A stretch of 49,065 nt of DNA, taken from contig CAZPVZ010000197.1 in the NCBI GenBank assembly GCA_964590185.1, positions 1 to 49,065 on the forward strand, read 5' to 3'. The translations under genes and the position numbers were made by a program. Source of the DNA: an uncultured Campylobacterales bacterium (GTDB lineage Bacteria; Campylobacterota; Campylobacteria; Campylobacterales; JAADDG01). The notes beneath the pieces are model-generated. The model saw only the letters and a list, made by a program, of their open reading frames with translations, made no database searches and was not told where the DNA came from. Shown here piece after piece: positions 36,812-44,874 of this stretch (within the stretch, counting starts at the first letter, position 1; every line of letters starts with the position of its first letter).

Positions 36812-37462
36812 TTATTCTTCCGGAATTACCGTCGTAAGTCCGAGCATCTGCCAGTTTTGCATACCGCCTCTGTAATAAAATATTTTGTTTGCGGGATATC
36901 CCATTTTGATTAGGGCTTTTATTGCGTGAGGGGATTGCGCGCACCACGGGCCGTTACAGAAAAATAGAAGTTTTTGAGCGTGAGAGAAATCCCATTTTCC
37001 GTTTTTGTACTCCGCTCCCAAAAGCTCCAATATTTTTTGAGTGTAAGGATCTTCTATGCCTCTGGTAAAAAGAGTGAAAGGGATATTGATGGCTCCCGGA
37101 ATCGTTCCGTTTCTGTACCATTGAGGAAGTCTTGCGTCTATCAGCAATCCGGTGTTGTTTTTAACTTCCGTTTTTAGAAAATTCAAAAGTTCCAACTCTC
37201 CGTAAAGTTTCACTCCTTTTGCCACCTGAATCGGTTGAATGCAAAAAGGAGGGCACGGTCTGGAAGTTTTGGCATAGCTGTTTTTTAACTTGTGTTTCGT
37301 ATCTTGTATTCTTTGAATTCTTACCGTTTTTCCTCCGTGTTCCACGTCCACGTAAGGGAGTCCCTCGGCGATATTTACCTCGAGTCCGAAAGCGGATAAG
37401 GAAAATACCGTTAAAGAGAGCAGTGTAGCTTTAATTTTCGACGATGAAAATCTAAATGGCAT
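36812..37462 (-). CDS. Periplasmic rhodanese-domain sulfurtransferase-like protein
   Basis: Signal peptide. Rhodanese pattern (LLIDAR.P..Y..G.IPGAINIP ... LLFFCNGPWCAQSPHA...L...GY..I.YYRGGMQ.W) plus an additional RPCPPFC motif. Confidence 0.75.
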   Translation of the reverse strand: MPFRFSSSKIKATLLSLTVFSLSAFGLEVNIAEGLPYVDVEHGGKTVRIQRIQDTKHKLKNSYAKTSRPCPPFCIQPIQVAKGVKLYGELELLNFLKTEVKNNTGLLIDARLPQWYRNGTIPGAINIPFTLFTRGIEDPYTQKILELLGAEYKNGKWDFSHAQKLLFFCNGPWCAQSPHAIKALIKMGYPANKIFYYRGGMQNWQMLGLTTVIPEE

Positions 37463-37674
37463 CTTAACTCCTTTTGAATATTATTTTATTTTTTAATATC
37501 GGCAATTTTATACGATTCGACAGTTTTTATTAAAATTTAATTTACTTTAAAAATCACAAATAAATATGATCTTTTGTATTTTAACATAAAAACCTCTTAA
37601 CTTTTAAAAGTAAATGATATCGTTTTTTTCAAAAAATAAACTTTAAATTATAATCAAGGGAGCTTTTTTTATTC

Positions 37675-37694
37675 TTTTTATCAATTGATAAAAA
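37675..37694. promoter_or_regulatory. 20-bp perfect palindrome TTTTTATCAATTGATAAAAA in the divergent intergenic region (candidate operator)
   Basis: Read directly and checked base by base. It sits in the 506-bp AT-rich spacer between the rhodanese operon and the FlgO-like cassette. No known regulator is assigned. Confidence 0.3.
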
Positions 37695-37890
37695 AAATCG
37701 ATTTTCTCTTTCTCGTCAAATCCCTTTTTTTCAAATGTATTAACATTTTTATTTATTTTTTATCCTTTTTAAAATCTCTGTATGAATGAATATTTTTTAT
37801 TTGTTTTCGGAACCTTTTTTCTATTTAAATATATTTTAGTATTTCGGTAAATCTGATAAAAACAAAATATAAAAAAATTAGCTAAAAAGT

Positions 37891-37917
37891 TAAAGTATTA
37901 AATCGTAGTGACGATAT
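37891..37917 (+). promoter_or_regulatory. Candidate sigma28 (FliA) promoter: TAAA-N15-GACGATAT
   Basis: TAAA at 37891-37894, exactly 15 nt, then GACGATAT at 37910-37917, against the textbook TAAA-N15-GCCGATAA. It lies 66 nt upstream of ATG 37984. Confidence 0.5.
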
Positions 37918-37983
37918 ATAAAGATATGAAAATAGGTTAAGCGTATATTCGGTGCGTTTGACTAAAATATGAAGGAGATGTTT

Positions 37984-38262
37984 ATGAAAATAACTAAACT
38001 GCTATTATTCGGAGTATCGGCTTTGGCCGTCGCTTCTTTGATGAGCGGTTGCGCTCAAAAACCGGCTCAGGCCGCTTGCGATACGCCGGATTTTTGCAAA
38101 CCTCAAGTGAAAGTTAAGGTTAAAATAAAAAAGGTGCCGGTAAGCGAATGCGCTAAAAGAGTTAAAACGGTCGTTTATAAAGGTATTTGCAAACATTGCA
38201 ACGGTAATTTTCCCGTTAGCGTAAGAGAAAACAGTTGTTGTGAAGAAGGAGCATGCAGATGA
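37984..38262 (+). CDS. Cys-rich mini-lipoprotein (cassette copy 1), unknown family
   Basis: GAAGGAG RBS 6 nt before ATG 37984 (track start 37969 is too close). Lipobox LMSGC, with 8 further Cys in the mature ~70 aa. Paralogous to 39156-39428. Confidence 0.75.
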   Translation: MKITKLLLFGVSALAVASLMSGCAQKPAQAACDTPDFCKPQVKVKVKIKKVPVSECAKRVKTVVYKGICKHCNGNFPVSVRENSCCEEGACR

Positions 38263-38924
38263 AAACTAAAAAGCTGATAAGTTTGGTGGGAGCCTCGATT
38301 TTATTGAGCGCCTCTTTGATGGCGGGAAACTATCCTTATGCTCAAAAAGTGCAAAGTTACGGATACGACTTTAATTCCAACGCCGCGGGATACATTAATC
38401 AGATAGTCGGTACGATTGCCGATCAGTTGGCTCAAAATAAAGATTTTAAAAATATCAAAGACACGCCTATAGCGGTTACTTCCATAGTCAATCTCGAAAA
38501 CTATAAAGAGACCGATAAAGTGGGAAACGTTATAGAAGAGAATCTTATTCACGAGATGCAGGTTAGGGGATTTAAGGTCGTCGATTATAAAACGATGCCT
38601 ACCATTAAAATAGGCAAACATGGAGATTACGCTTTTTCGAGGCTCCTTTACGAGCTTAGAAAAGAGCAGCATATAAATTACGTTTTGGCGGGAACTTATA
38701 CGAAATACAGCGACGGTATAGCCGTAAATTGCAGATTGATAGACTTAAGAAACAACGTCGTCGTTTCCACGGCTCAAACTTTTATTCCGGCTCAGCTTTT
38801 GAGAGTCGTCGATTATAAGAGCGGTTTCGATATCTATCCCGGGGATAAGGTTGTAACCAAAGTTAAAGTGGTTAAAGTCGTTCCGAAAGTTCAGGAGAAT
38901 ACCATTTTATTGGATTCCGAGTAA
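38259..38924 (+). CDS. FlgO-like periplasmic protein (cassette copy 1)
   Basis: ATGA overlap with the upstream stop, and AAGGAG 8 nt upstream. Sec signal (…SASLMA/GNYP). Central pattern PIAVTSIVNLEN....D..GN.I.ENLIHEMQVRGFKVVDYK......I...GD..FSR........INYVLAGTYTKY.DGIAVNCRLIDL..N.VVS.A, as I know it from the FlgO/TolB-N/LpoB-like family. Confidence 0.65.
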   Translation: MKTKKLISLVGASILLSASLMAGNYPYAQKVQSYGYDFNSNAAGYINQIVGTIADQLAQNKDFKNIKDTPIAVTSIVNLENYKETDKVGNVIEENLIHEMQVRGFKVVDYKTMPTIKIGKHGDYAFSRLLYELRKEQHINYVLAGTYTKYSDGIAVNCRLIDLRNNVVVSTAQTFIPAQLLRVVDYKSGFDIYPGDKVVTKVKVVKVVPKVQENTILLDSE

Positions 38925-38931
38925 TTTTAGC

Positions 38932-38966
38932 ATCGATAGGTTTTTCCTATCGATCTTTTTCTTTTT
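38932..38966 (+). terminator. Rho-independent terminator after cassette copy 1
   Basis: Perfect 9-bp stem ATCGATAGG / CCTATCGAT (38932-38940 and 38946-38954), a TTTTT loop, then CTTTTTCTTTTTG. Confidence 0.8.
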
Positions 38967-39155
38967 GTTTCTCTTCGTTTTCTCTCGTTTTCTTCCTCTT
39001 CCCGTGTCCTTTTTGGAAACATGTAAAAACTATAAGTCAATATATTTTACCAAAGTAAAAAATTAATATTCGATTAAGAAAACTTGTCATAAACTGTAAT
39101 TAACAAAGGGCATTTCATATACCTTTTGGGTATTTCTTAAGAAAAGGAGGTTGAG

Positions 39156-39428
39156 TTGGTAAAGGTGAAAAGAGCCTTGACTTTCTTAAGCTTTTTTTTA
39201 TTCGCCGCATTCTCGCTAAACGGGTGCAGTGCCGTACAAAACGGCAAATGCGCGTCTTTTTGCGATAAAAATTATTACGCGGCTAAAAGAAGCGTCGTAA
39301 AGAAGGTCAAGGTGAGCGAGTGCGCAAGGAGGGTTAAGACCGTTGTATATAACGATATTTGCACAAAATGCTCTTATCCTGTAACGGTAAGAGAGAATAA
39401 CTGTTGTTCCAAAGGAGGTTGCAGATGA
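39156..39428 (+). CDS. Cys-rich mini-lipoprotein (cassette copy 2), unknown family
   Basis: TTG start 5 nt after AAGGAGG. Lipobox SLNGC, and the same 8-Cys pattern as copy 1 (SECA[KR]RVKTVVY..IC..C..PV[ST]VREN.CC....CR). Confidence 0.7.
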   Translation: MVKVKRALTFLSFFLFAAFSLNGCSAVQNGKCASFCDKNYYAAKRSVVKKVKVSECARRVKTVVYNDICTKCSYPVTVRENNCCSKGGCR

Positions 39429-39778
39429 AAGCGTTCGTAAAAAGCTTAGCGGCGATTTTTCTTTTAACCGGAGTTTTAAACGCCGGAGGAGTTACTTTGC
39501 TCGGAGTCGGCGCGGGAGTTAATTTGTTGGGATTGCAAGTGGGAGCCGGGGCTTCAATAGGTATCGGGACTACGGCTTCTTCCGAGAGAGGAAGTTCTTC
39601 GGCCGCTTTGAAAAGCGATGAAAGATGCGGCGCTTGCGTCTCTTCCACTTGCTGTTTTAAAGTAAAAAACGATTGTCCTCCTTTTATGTTCGATAACGCG
39701 GGAATAGAAGAGAGAGTCGTAAAAGTGGAGGAATATTACATGATCGAGGGGTGTCCCGTTTGCGTAAGTTGTAATTAG
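39425..39778 (+). CDS. Secreted Gly-rich / Cys-rich small protein, unknown family (only in cassette copy 2)
   Basis: ATGA overlap with the upstream stop, and an AAAGGAGG RBS. Signal peptide MKAFVKSLAAIFLLTGVLNA, a G/V/L-rich segment (GGVTLLGVGAGVNLLGLQVGAGASIGIG), and a C-terminal 8-Cys region (CGACVSSTCC...C...CPVCVSC). Confidence 0.6.
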   Translation: MKAFVKSLAAIFLLTGVLNAGGVTLLGVGAGVNLLGLQVGAGASIGIGTTASSERGSSSAALKSDERCGACVSSTCCFKVKNDCPPFMFDNAGIEERVVKVEEYYMIEGCPVCVSCN

Positions 39779-39787
39779 GAGGCCGTT

Positions 39788-40432
39788 ATGAGATCAATAA
39801 AATGGCTTCTTGTCGTTGCGGTTTTATCCGTTTTGGGTTTGAGCGCGGGAGAAAACTATCCCTCCTCCCGCAAAGTCCAATTTTTCGAATTCGGTACTAA
39901 CGCCAACGCTGCGGGATATGTAAATCAGATAGTCAGCGCCATAGCGGATCAGTTGGCGCAGAATAAAGATTTCGCCAATATCAAGGATACTCCGATTGCC
40001 GTTACTTCGATAGTCAATATCGAAAATTTGCAAAAGACGGATAAATTCGGAAACGTAATAGCGGAGAATTTGATTCACGAGATGCAGGTTAGGGGTTTTA
40101 GAGTCGTCGATTATAAAACGATGCCCACCATTAAAATAGGCAAAAAGGGAGATTTCATATTCTCTCGCATAGTTAGCGAGTTGAAGAAAACTCAGAAAAT
40201 AAATTATGTTCTATCCGGAACTTATACCAAATATAGAACCGGTATAGCCGTAAATTGCAGGATTATAGACATTACTACCAACGTGGTGAAATCTACGGCT
40301 CAGATTTTCGTTCCGATAGGCTTGATTAACGCCGTAAATCATCCTTACGGAGTCTATAAAAAGAGCAGGACTAAAGTTATAAGATTCGTTCCTAAAGTCA
40401 AAGAGCACACGATAATTTTGGAAGAGATGTAG
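39788..40432 (+). CDS. FlgO-like periplasmic protein (cassette copy 2)
   Basis: Aligns over its full length with 38259-38924 (NAAGYVNQIVSAIADQLAQNKDFANIKDTPIAVTSIVNIENL; NLIHEMQVRGFRVVDYKTMPTIKIGK; GIAVNCRIID). Sec signal …GLSA/GENYP. Confidence 0.65.
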   Translation: MRSIKWLLVVAVLSVLGLSAGENYPSSRKVQFFEFGTNANAAGYVNQIVSAIADQLAQNKDFANIKDTPIAVTSIVNIENLQKTDKFGNVIAENLIHEMQVRGFRVVDYKTMPTIKIGKKGDFIFSRIVSELKKTQKINYVLSGTYTKYRTGIAVNCRIIDITTNVVKSTAQIFVPIGLINAVNHPYGVYKKSRTKVIRFVPKVKEHTIILEEM

Positions 40433-40433
40433 G

Positions 40434-40468
40434 AGATGGAGTCTATTTTTTCTCCATCTTCGCTTTTT
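40434..40468 (+). terminator. Possible hairpin terminator after cassette copy 2 (inside the 3' end of convergent aroK)
   Basis: AGATGGAG / CTCCATCT 8-bp stem (40434-40441 and 40452-40459) with a 10-nt loop and a TTTTT run 4 nt downstream. Weak. Confidence 0.3.
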
Positions 40469-40964
40469 CCATTATCTCTTTTACTATTTTGTCTATATCT
40501 TTATCTTCCACGTCTATTATTATATCGGCGCATTTTTCGTATTGAACGCTTCTGGTGTCAAAGAGCTTTTTGGCTTTTTTGAGATCTTTTAGCAGGGGTC
40601 TCTTTTTTAGTTTCTTTTTGGCGTTAGGATGTTTTTTTATTCTTTTCAAAATGGCTTCGAAACTTGATTTTAGATAAACCACTTTTCCGATTTTATGAAG
40701 ATTTTTAACTTTAAAAAATCCTCCTCCGGTTGAAATGATGGTATCGGTTACGTTTTTTTCGAGCCATTTCGCCGTTTTTTTCTCAAGTTCCCTAAAATAT
40801 TCTTCTCCCTCTTCTTTAAAAATATTTTTAATTTTTCTGTTTTCCAAGCTCTCTATCAGATCATCGGTATCTATTGCAAATATTCCGCTTTTTTTGGATA
40901 ACGCTCTCGCTATCGTTCCCTTTCCGACTCCCATAAAACCTATAAGTATCAGATTTTTACTCAT
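40443..40964 (-). CDS. aroK: Shikimate kinase
   Basis: [12 protein letters not shown]-loop, DTD, and GGG lid motif. 173 aa. Confidence 0.9.
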   Translation of the reverse strand: MSKNLILIGFMGVGKGTIARALSKKSGIFAIDTDDLIESLENRKIKNIFKEEGEEYFRELEKKTAKWLEKNVTDTIISTGGGFFKVKNLHKIGKVVYLKSSFEAILKRIKKHPNAKKKLKKRPLLKDLKKAKKLFDTRSVQYEKCADIIIDVEDKDIDKIVKEIMEKAKMEKK

Positions 40965-42333
40965 CCTCTTCCTTTTCTCCCCTTTTTTTCGGAACCAAGA
41001 TTATCGGAGAGCCTTCGAAATCGAAGTTCTCTCTCAGTCGGTTGATTAGATATCTTTTGTAACTGAAATGAAGAGATTTGGGTCTGTTCATAATAAGAGC
41101 GATTTTGGGAGGTTTTACGTCAAATTGAGTGGCGAAGTATATTTTTACCTCTTTTCCTTTATCGCTCGGTATGTGGTGTTTCGCGTTTGCGGATTTGATA
41201 AGTTCGTTTAATTTCGAGGTGGGAATTCTTCTCGAGTAATTTTCGTAAACTTTTAAGATTTTATCTTTTATTTTGTCCACTCTTTTTCCGGTTGAAGCCG
41301 AAACCGTTATTATGGGAGCGAACGAGAGAAATTTGAATCTGTATCTCACCTCTTTTACGCTCTCTTCGTAGCTTTTTAAAGCTTTGTCCCATTTATTTAG
41401 GACTATGATACAACCGAGTTCGAACTTTTCGACCAAATGGGCTATCTTTTCGTCAAGCTCCTTAAACTCTTCGCTAGCGTCCAAAACCAACAAAGCGATA
41501 TCCGCTTTCTCAAGCATCTTTTCGGTTCTGTTTAACGCGTATCTCTCTATTCCTTCTATTTTTCCTCTTCTTCTTATCCCGGCTGTGTCTATAAAGTTTA
41601 TGATTTTGTTTTCGTAATATATGTAATCGTTGACCGGGTCTATGGTGGTTCCCGCGATTTCGCTAACTACGGCTCTCTCTTCTTTTAAAAGAGAGTTTAG
41701 TAAGGAACTTTTCCCTACGTTTACTCTTCCTATGATGGCGACTTTTATTTCGTTGCTCTCTTCCTCTTCGCTCGTTTCGTTTTCCTCTTCGAGAGAGGAG
41801 AGAAAGCTTTCAAGATCCTCGTTCGTATCTTCTTCCAAAGTAACGGTTTCGGGAAGAAATTTCTCCAGCCAGTCTAAAAGTTTTTCGACCCCTCTGTTGT
41901 GAGAGACGGATATCGGGAAAAAATTTTCTGCTCCGAAAGAGAGAAATTCCCACGCTCTCTCCTGCTCTTTTTCGTTATCTATTTTGTTGACTATCAAAGC
42001 TATCGGTTTATTTAATTTTTGCAGTTTGAAAAAGATGCTTTTGTCTTCGTCGTCCGGAAGATATTTCCCGTCCACCATGTAGAGGATTATATCAGCCTCT
42101 TTAGCGGCTTTTAAGGATTTTTCCTTCACTCTTTTAAAGAGTTCGTCGGATTCGTCCAATCCTCCGGTATCTATGATAACGGCCTCTTTTTCTCTGATTT
42201 TAACCTCTTTTTCGTTTATGTCTCTCGTCGTTCCGCTGATTTCCGAAGTTATGGCCGTTCTTTGCTTCGCTATTCTGTTAAAAAGAGAGCTTTTTCCTAC
42301 GTTGGGTTTGCCTAAGAGTGCTATTTTTTTCAT
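40957..42333 (-). CDS. der: Ribosome-associated GTPase Der/EngA
   Basis: Two tandem GTPase domains ([12 protein letters not shown] / DTGG / NKID and [12 protein letters not shown] / DTAG / NKWD) and a C-terminal KH-like domain. Confidence 0.95.
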   Translation of the reverse strand: MKKIALLGKPNVGKSSLFNRIAKQRTAITSEISGTTRDINEKEVKIREKEAVIIDTGGLDESDELFKRVKEKSLKAAKEADIILYMVDGKYLPDDEDKSIFFKLQKLNKPIALIVNKIDNEKEQERAWEFLSFGAENFFPISVSHNRGVEKLLDWLEKFLPETVTLEEDTNEDLESFLSSLEEENETSEEEESNEIKVAIIGRVNVGKSSLLNSLLKEERAVVSEIAGTTIDPVNDYIYYENKIINFIDTAGIRRRGKIEGIERYALNRTEKMLEKADIALLVLDASEEFKELDEKIAHLVEKFELGCIIVLNKWDKALKSYEESVKEVRYRFKFLSFAPIITVSASTGKRVDKIKDKILKVYENYSRRIPTSKLNELIKSANAKHHIPSDKGKEVKIYFATQFDVKPPKIALIMNRPKSLHFSYKRYLINRLRENFDFEGSPIILVPKKRGEKEEDE

Positions 42334-42408
42334 TTTTTATTTTTTGCTTTCGTAAAATATAAAAGGAATTTTAACAAAATTTAAATAAAATATGGAAAAT
42401 TTTTTAAA

Positions 42409-43164
42409 GTGAATAGTATGAGAGCGTTTATAGCGATAACTCTTTTTTTGGTTAATCTTTTCGGATATCAAATCAGCGCGAAATATAAAGTAACTTTCGG
42501 ATTTTTCGGAAGAGTGGGCGTTTCCGAGGCTTTTTTGGAAAGAAACGCAACCGATTATCATATCAAAGTTACGGCGAAGGCTACCGGAATATCGGCTAAA
42601 CTTAGCAGACACAGGCACGAAACTTATGAGAGTTTCGGCAAAGTCGTAAACGGGGTTTTAAGACCGCATAAGTTTATCAAAATCAGAAAGAACGATAAAA
42701 AAACGGATATTAGAACTCATATTTTCGATTATAAGAAAAAAGTCGTTTATGTGGAAAAAAAGAGTATAGAAGATGGAGAGGTTCAGGTTAAATACGATAT
42801 TTTGGATTATTTTGCGAAAGACGATATTCTAACCCTCTTTTTTAATTTAAAAAAATATTTAAATAACTTTACAACAAAGAAGGAGATGATTTTTTATGCC
42901 GTAGGGGCGAACAAAAAGGACGGTCATGTTAACATCTATACTCCCAAAGGAAAGGAAGCTAAGAGAATAAGGAGGCTTTTGGAAGCGAAAGGGCACGTTT
43001 TGGTAGTTATCATAAATCAAAAGATTTTCTCCAGCAAAAAAGGGGAGCTTTATATAGATTTGGACAAAGACGGACTGTGTACCACCGCCGTTTTGAAAGA
43101 CGTTATATTTTTCGGAGACATAACGGGTAAAATGGTGGAAAAAAGAGTAAAGGAAGATAAATGA
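42409..43164 (+). CDS. Secreted hypothetical protein (DUF3108-like)
   Basis: Signal peptide. Beta-rich, with a Y.V..G..G......L......Y.I...A opening that resembles DUF3108. ATG 42418 is an alternative to GTG 42409. ATGA overlap with kdsA. Confidence 0.45.
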   Translation: MNSMRAFIAITLFLVNLFGYQISAKYKVTFGFFGRVGVSEAFLERNATDYHIKVTAKATGISAKLSRHRHETYESFGKVVNGVLRPHKFIKIRKNDKKTDIRTHIFDYKKKVVYVEKKSIEDGEVQVKYDILDYFAKDDILTLFFNLKKYLNNFTTKKEMIFYAVGANKKDGHVNIYTPKGKEAKRIRRLLEAKGHVLVVIINQKIFSSKKGELYIDLDKDGLCTTAVLKDVIFFGDITGKMVEKRVKEDK

Positions 43165-43961
43165 TACTGATAGCCGGTCCTTGCGTGATAGAGAGCAGGG
43201 AAAACGTTTTTAAAATTGCCGAAGCTTTAGAGGAGTATCGGGAAGATAGGAGGATAGATTTCTATTTTAAGGCGAGTTTCGACAAAGCCAACAGAACGAG
43301 TTTGGAGAGTTTTAGGGGGCCCGGACTTAAAAAAGGGCTGAAGATATTAAGAGAGGTCAAAGAGGCTTTCGGCTATAAGATTTTAACCGACGTTCACGAA
43401 ACTTGGCAGGTTCGGGAGGTTGCCGAAGTGGCGGACGTTTTGCAAATACCGGCTTTTTTGTGCAGACAGACCGATCTTTTGGTTGAGGCGGCTAAAACGG
43501 ACAGGATAGTGAACATAAAGAAAGGGCAGTTTATGAACCCGGCCGATATGAGATATTCCGTCTCGAAAGTGCTTTTAACCAGAGGTTTTAAGAAAAGCGA
43601 TTACGAAACTTCTAAAAAAGCCGGAGTCTGGCTGACCGAGAGGGGGAGCTCTTTCGGATACGGCAATCTCGTCGTTGATATGAGAAGTTTGGTTATTATG
43701 AGAAATTTCGCTCCGGTTATTTTCGACGCCACTCACTCGGTTCAGATGCCGGGAGCGGAAGGCGGCAAAAGCGGAGGCAAAAGGGAGTTCGTCGCTCCTT
43801 TGGCAAGGGCCGCCGCGGCCGTTGGAGTTGACGGATTCTTTTTCGAAACTCATTTCGATCCTTCGTCGGCTTTAAGCGACGGAGCGAACATGCTCCCTTT
43901 AGAAGGGTTGCGAGAGAGCGTAAGAGAGATATTTTCTATTAAAGAGGCGCTCTCTTTTTGA
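43161..43961 (+). CDS. kdsA: 3-deoxy-8-phosphooctulonate (KDO-8-P) synthase
   Basis: [19 protein letters not shown](T)[14 protein letters not shown], and [10 protein letters not shown] motifs. Confidence 0.95.
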   Translation: MILIAGPCVIESRENVFKIAEALEEYREDRRIDFYFKASFDKANRTSLESFRGPGLKKGLKILREVKEAFGYKILTDVHETWQVREVAEVADVLQIPAFLCRQTDLLVEAAKTDRIVNIKKGQFMNPADMRYSVSKVLLTRGFKKSDYETSKKAGVWLTERGSSFGYGNLVVDMRSLVIMRNFAPVIFDATHSVQMPGAEGGKSGGKREFVAPLARAAAAVGVDGFFFETHFDPSSALSDGANMLPLEGLRESVREIFSIKEALSF

Positions 43962-43996
43962 TACAATAGCGAAAAATTTTTAAAAAAGGTGATTTT

Positions 43997-44461
43997 ATGA
44001 ACGTGATAGAAGGTAAACTCTATTTGGAAGAAGGGATTAAAATAGCCATCATAAACAGCAGATTTAATCATATAGTAACCGATAGACTTGTCGAAGGGGC
44101 GAGAGACGCTTTTATAAGACACGGGGGAGACGAAAACAATCTCGATCTCATTTTGGTCCCCGGAGCGTTTGAGATACCTTTCGTGCTCGATAGGGTATTG
44201 GCGAGTAAAAAGTATGACGGAGTCTGTTGCGTCGGAGCGGTTATTAGAGGAAGCACTCCGCATTTCGATTACGTTGCGGCGGAAGCGACCAAAGGCGTAG
44301 CCAATACGGCTTTGAAATACGGTATGCCCGTAACCTACGGAATTTTGACGACGGATACGATAGAGCAGGCCATAGAGAGAGCCGGAAGCAAGGCCGGAAA
44401 CAAAGGTTTCGAAGCGATGACGGGGCTTATAGAGATGATAAATCTTTATAAACTGTTTTAA
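43997..44461 (+). CDS. ribH: 6,7-dimethyl-8-ribityllumazine synthase
   Basis: [30 protein letters not shown], and GILT motifs. Confidence 0.95.
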   Translation: MNVIEGKLYLEEGIKIAIINSRFNHIVTDRLVEGARDAFIRHGGDENNLDLILVPGAFEIPFVLDRVLASKKYDGVCCVGAVIRGSTPHFDYVAAEATKGVANTALKYGMPVTYGILTTDTIEQAIERAGSKAGNKGFEAMTGLIEMINLYKLF

Positions 44462-44469
44462 GGTTTAAG

Positions 44470-44874
44470 ATGGCTACGAGACATCAGGCGAGAGAGGCCG
44501 TAACGACCGTTTTATACGCTATCGATGTGGGGAACGAGGGGATAGATAAGTATATAGACGAGCTTTTGGAAGATAGAAAAATAAGAAACAAACAAAAAGA
44601 GTTCGCTTTATCCCTTTATAAAGGAGTTACCGAACATCTTGAGGAGATAGACGAAGTTATAAAGAAAAATCTCGTGGATTGGGATTTCGAAAAGGTCGGT
44701 AAAATCGAGAGAGCCATTTTGAGGCTCGGAGTTTACGAACTTTTGTTTACCGATACGGATAAGGCGGTCGTTATAGACGAAGCGCTGGAGAGCGTAAAAA
44801 GGCTTTCCGAAGAGAGGGCCGCTAAGTTCATAAACGCCGTATTGGACAAGATAGCCAAAGAGTACAAAAAATGA
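44470..44874 (+). CDS. nusB: Transcription antitermination factor NusB
   Basis: RHQAREAV..LY N-terminus, ERAILRLG.YEL, and INAVLDK. Conserved position after ribH. Confidence 0.93.
   Translation: MATRHQAREAVTTVLYAIDVGNEGIDKYIDELLEDRKIRNKQKEFALSLYKGVTEHLEEIDEVIKKNLVDWDFEKVGKIERAILRLGVYELLFTDTDKAVVIDEALESVKRLSEERAAKFINAVLDKIAKEYKK

Noticed and set aside
37782-37850. 22-codon hydrophobic mini-ORF (MNEYFLFVFGTFFLFKYILVFR) in the 506-bp AT-rich spacer; it could be imagined as a type I toxin or leader peptide
   Set aside because: There is no RBS. Phe-rich peptides arise trivially from T-rich DNA. I see no partner antisense structure.
38955-39015. ~60-nt polypyrimidine (C/T-only-like) tract after the copy 1 terminator
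   Set aside because: It partly belongs to the terminator U-tract. There is no ORF on either strand, no repeat unit, and no known motif. I noted it only as a compositional oddity.
39051-39076. Possible second sigma28 promoter upstream of cassette copy 2 (CAAA-N14-TTCGATTA)
   Set aside because: Only the CGAT core and part of the -35 match, and the spacing is off by one. In this AT-rich spacer that is not distinguishable from chance, so it is mentioned only as a weak contrast to copy 1.
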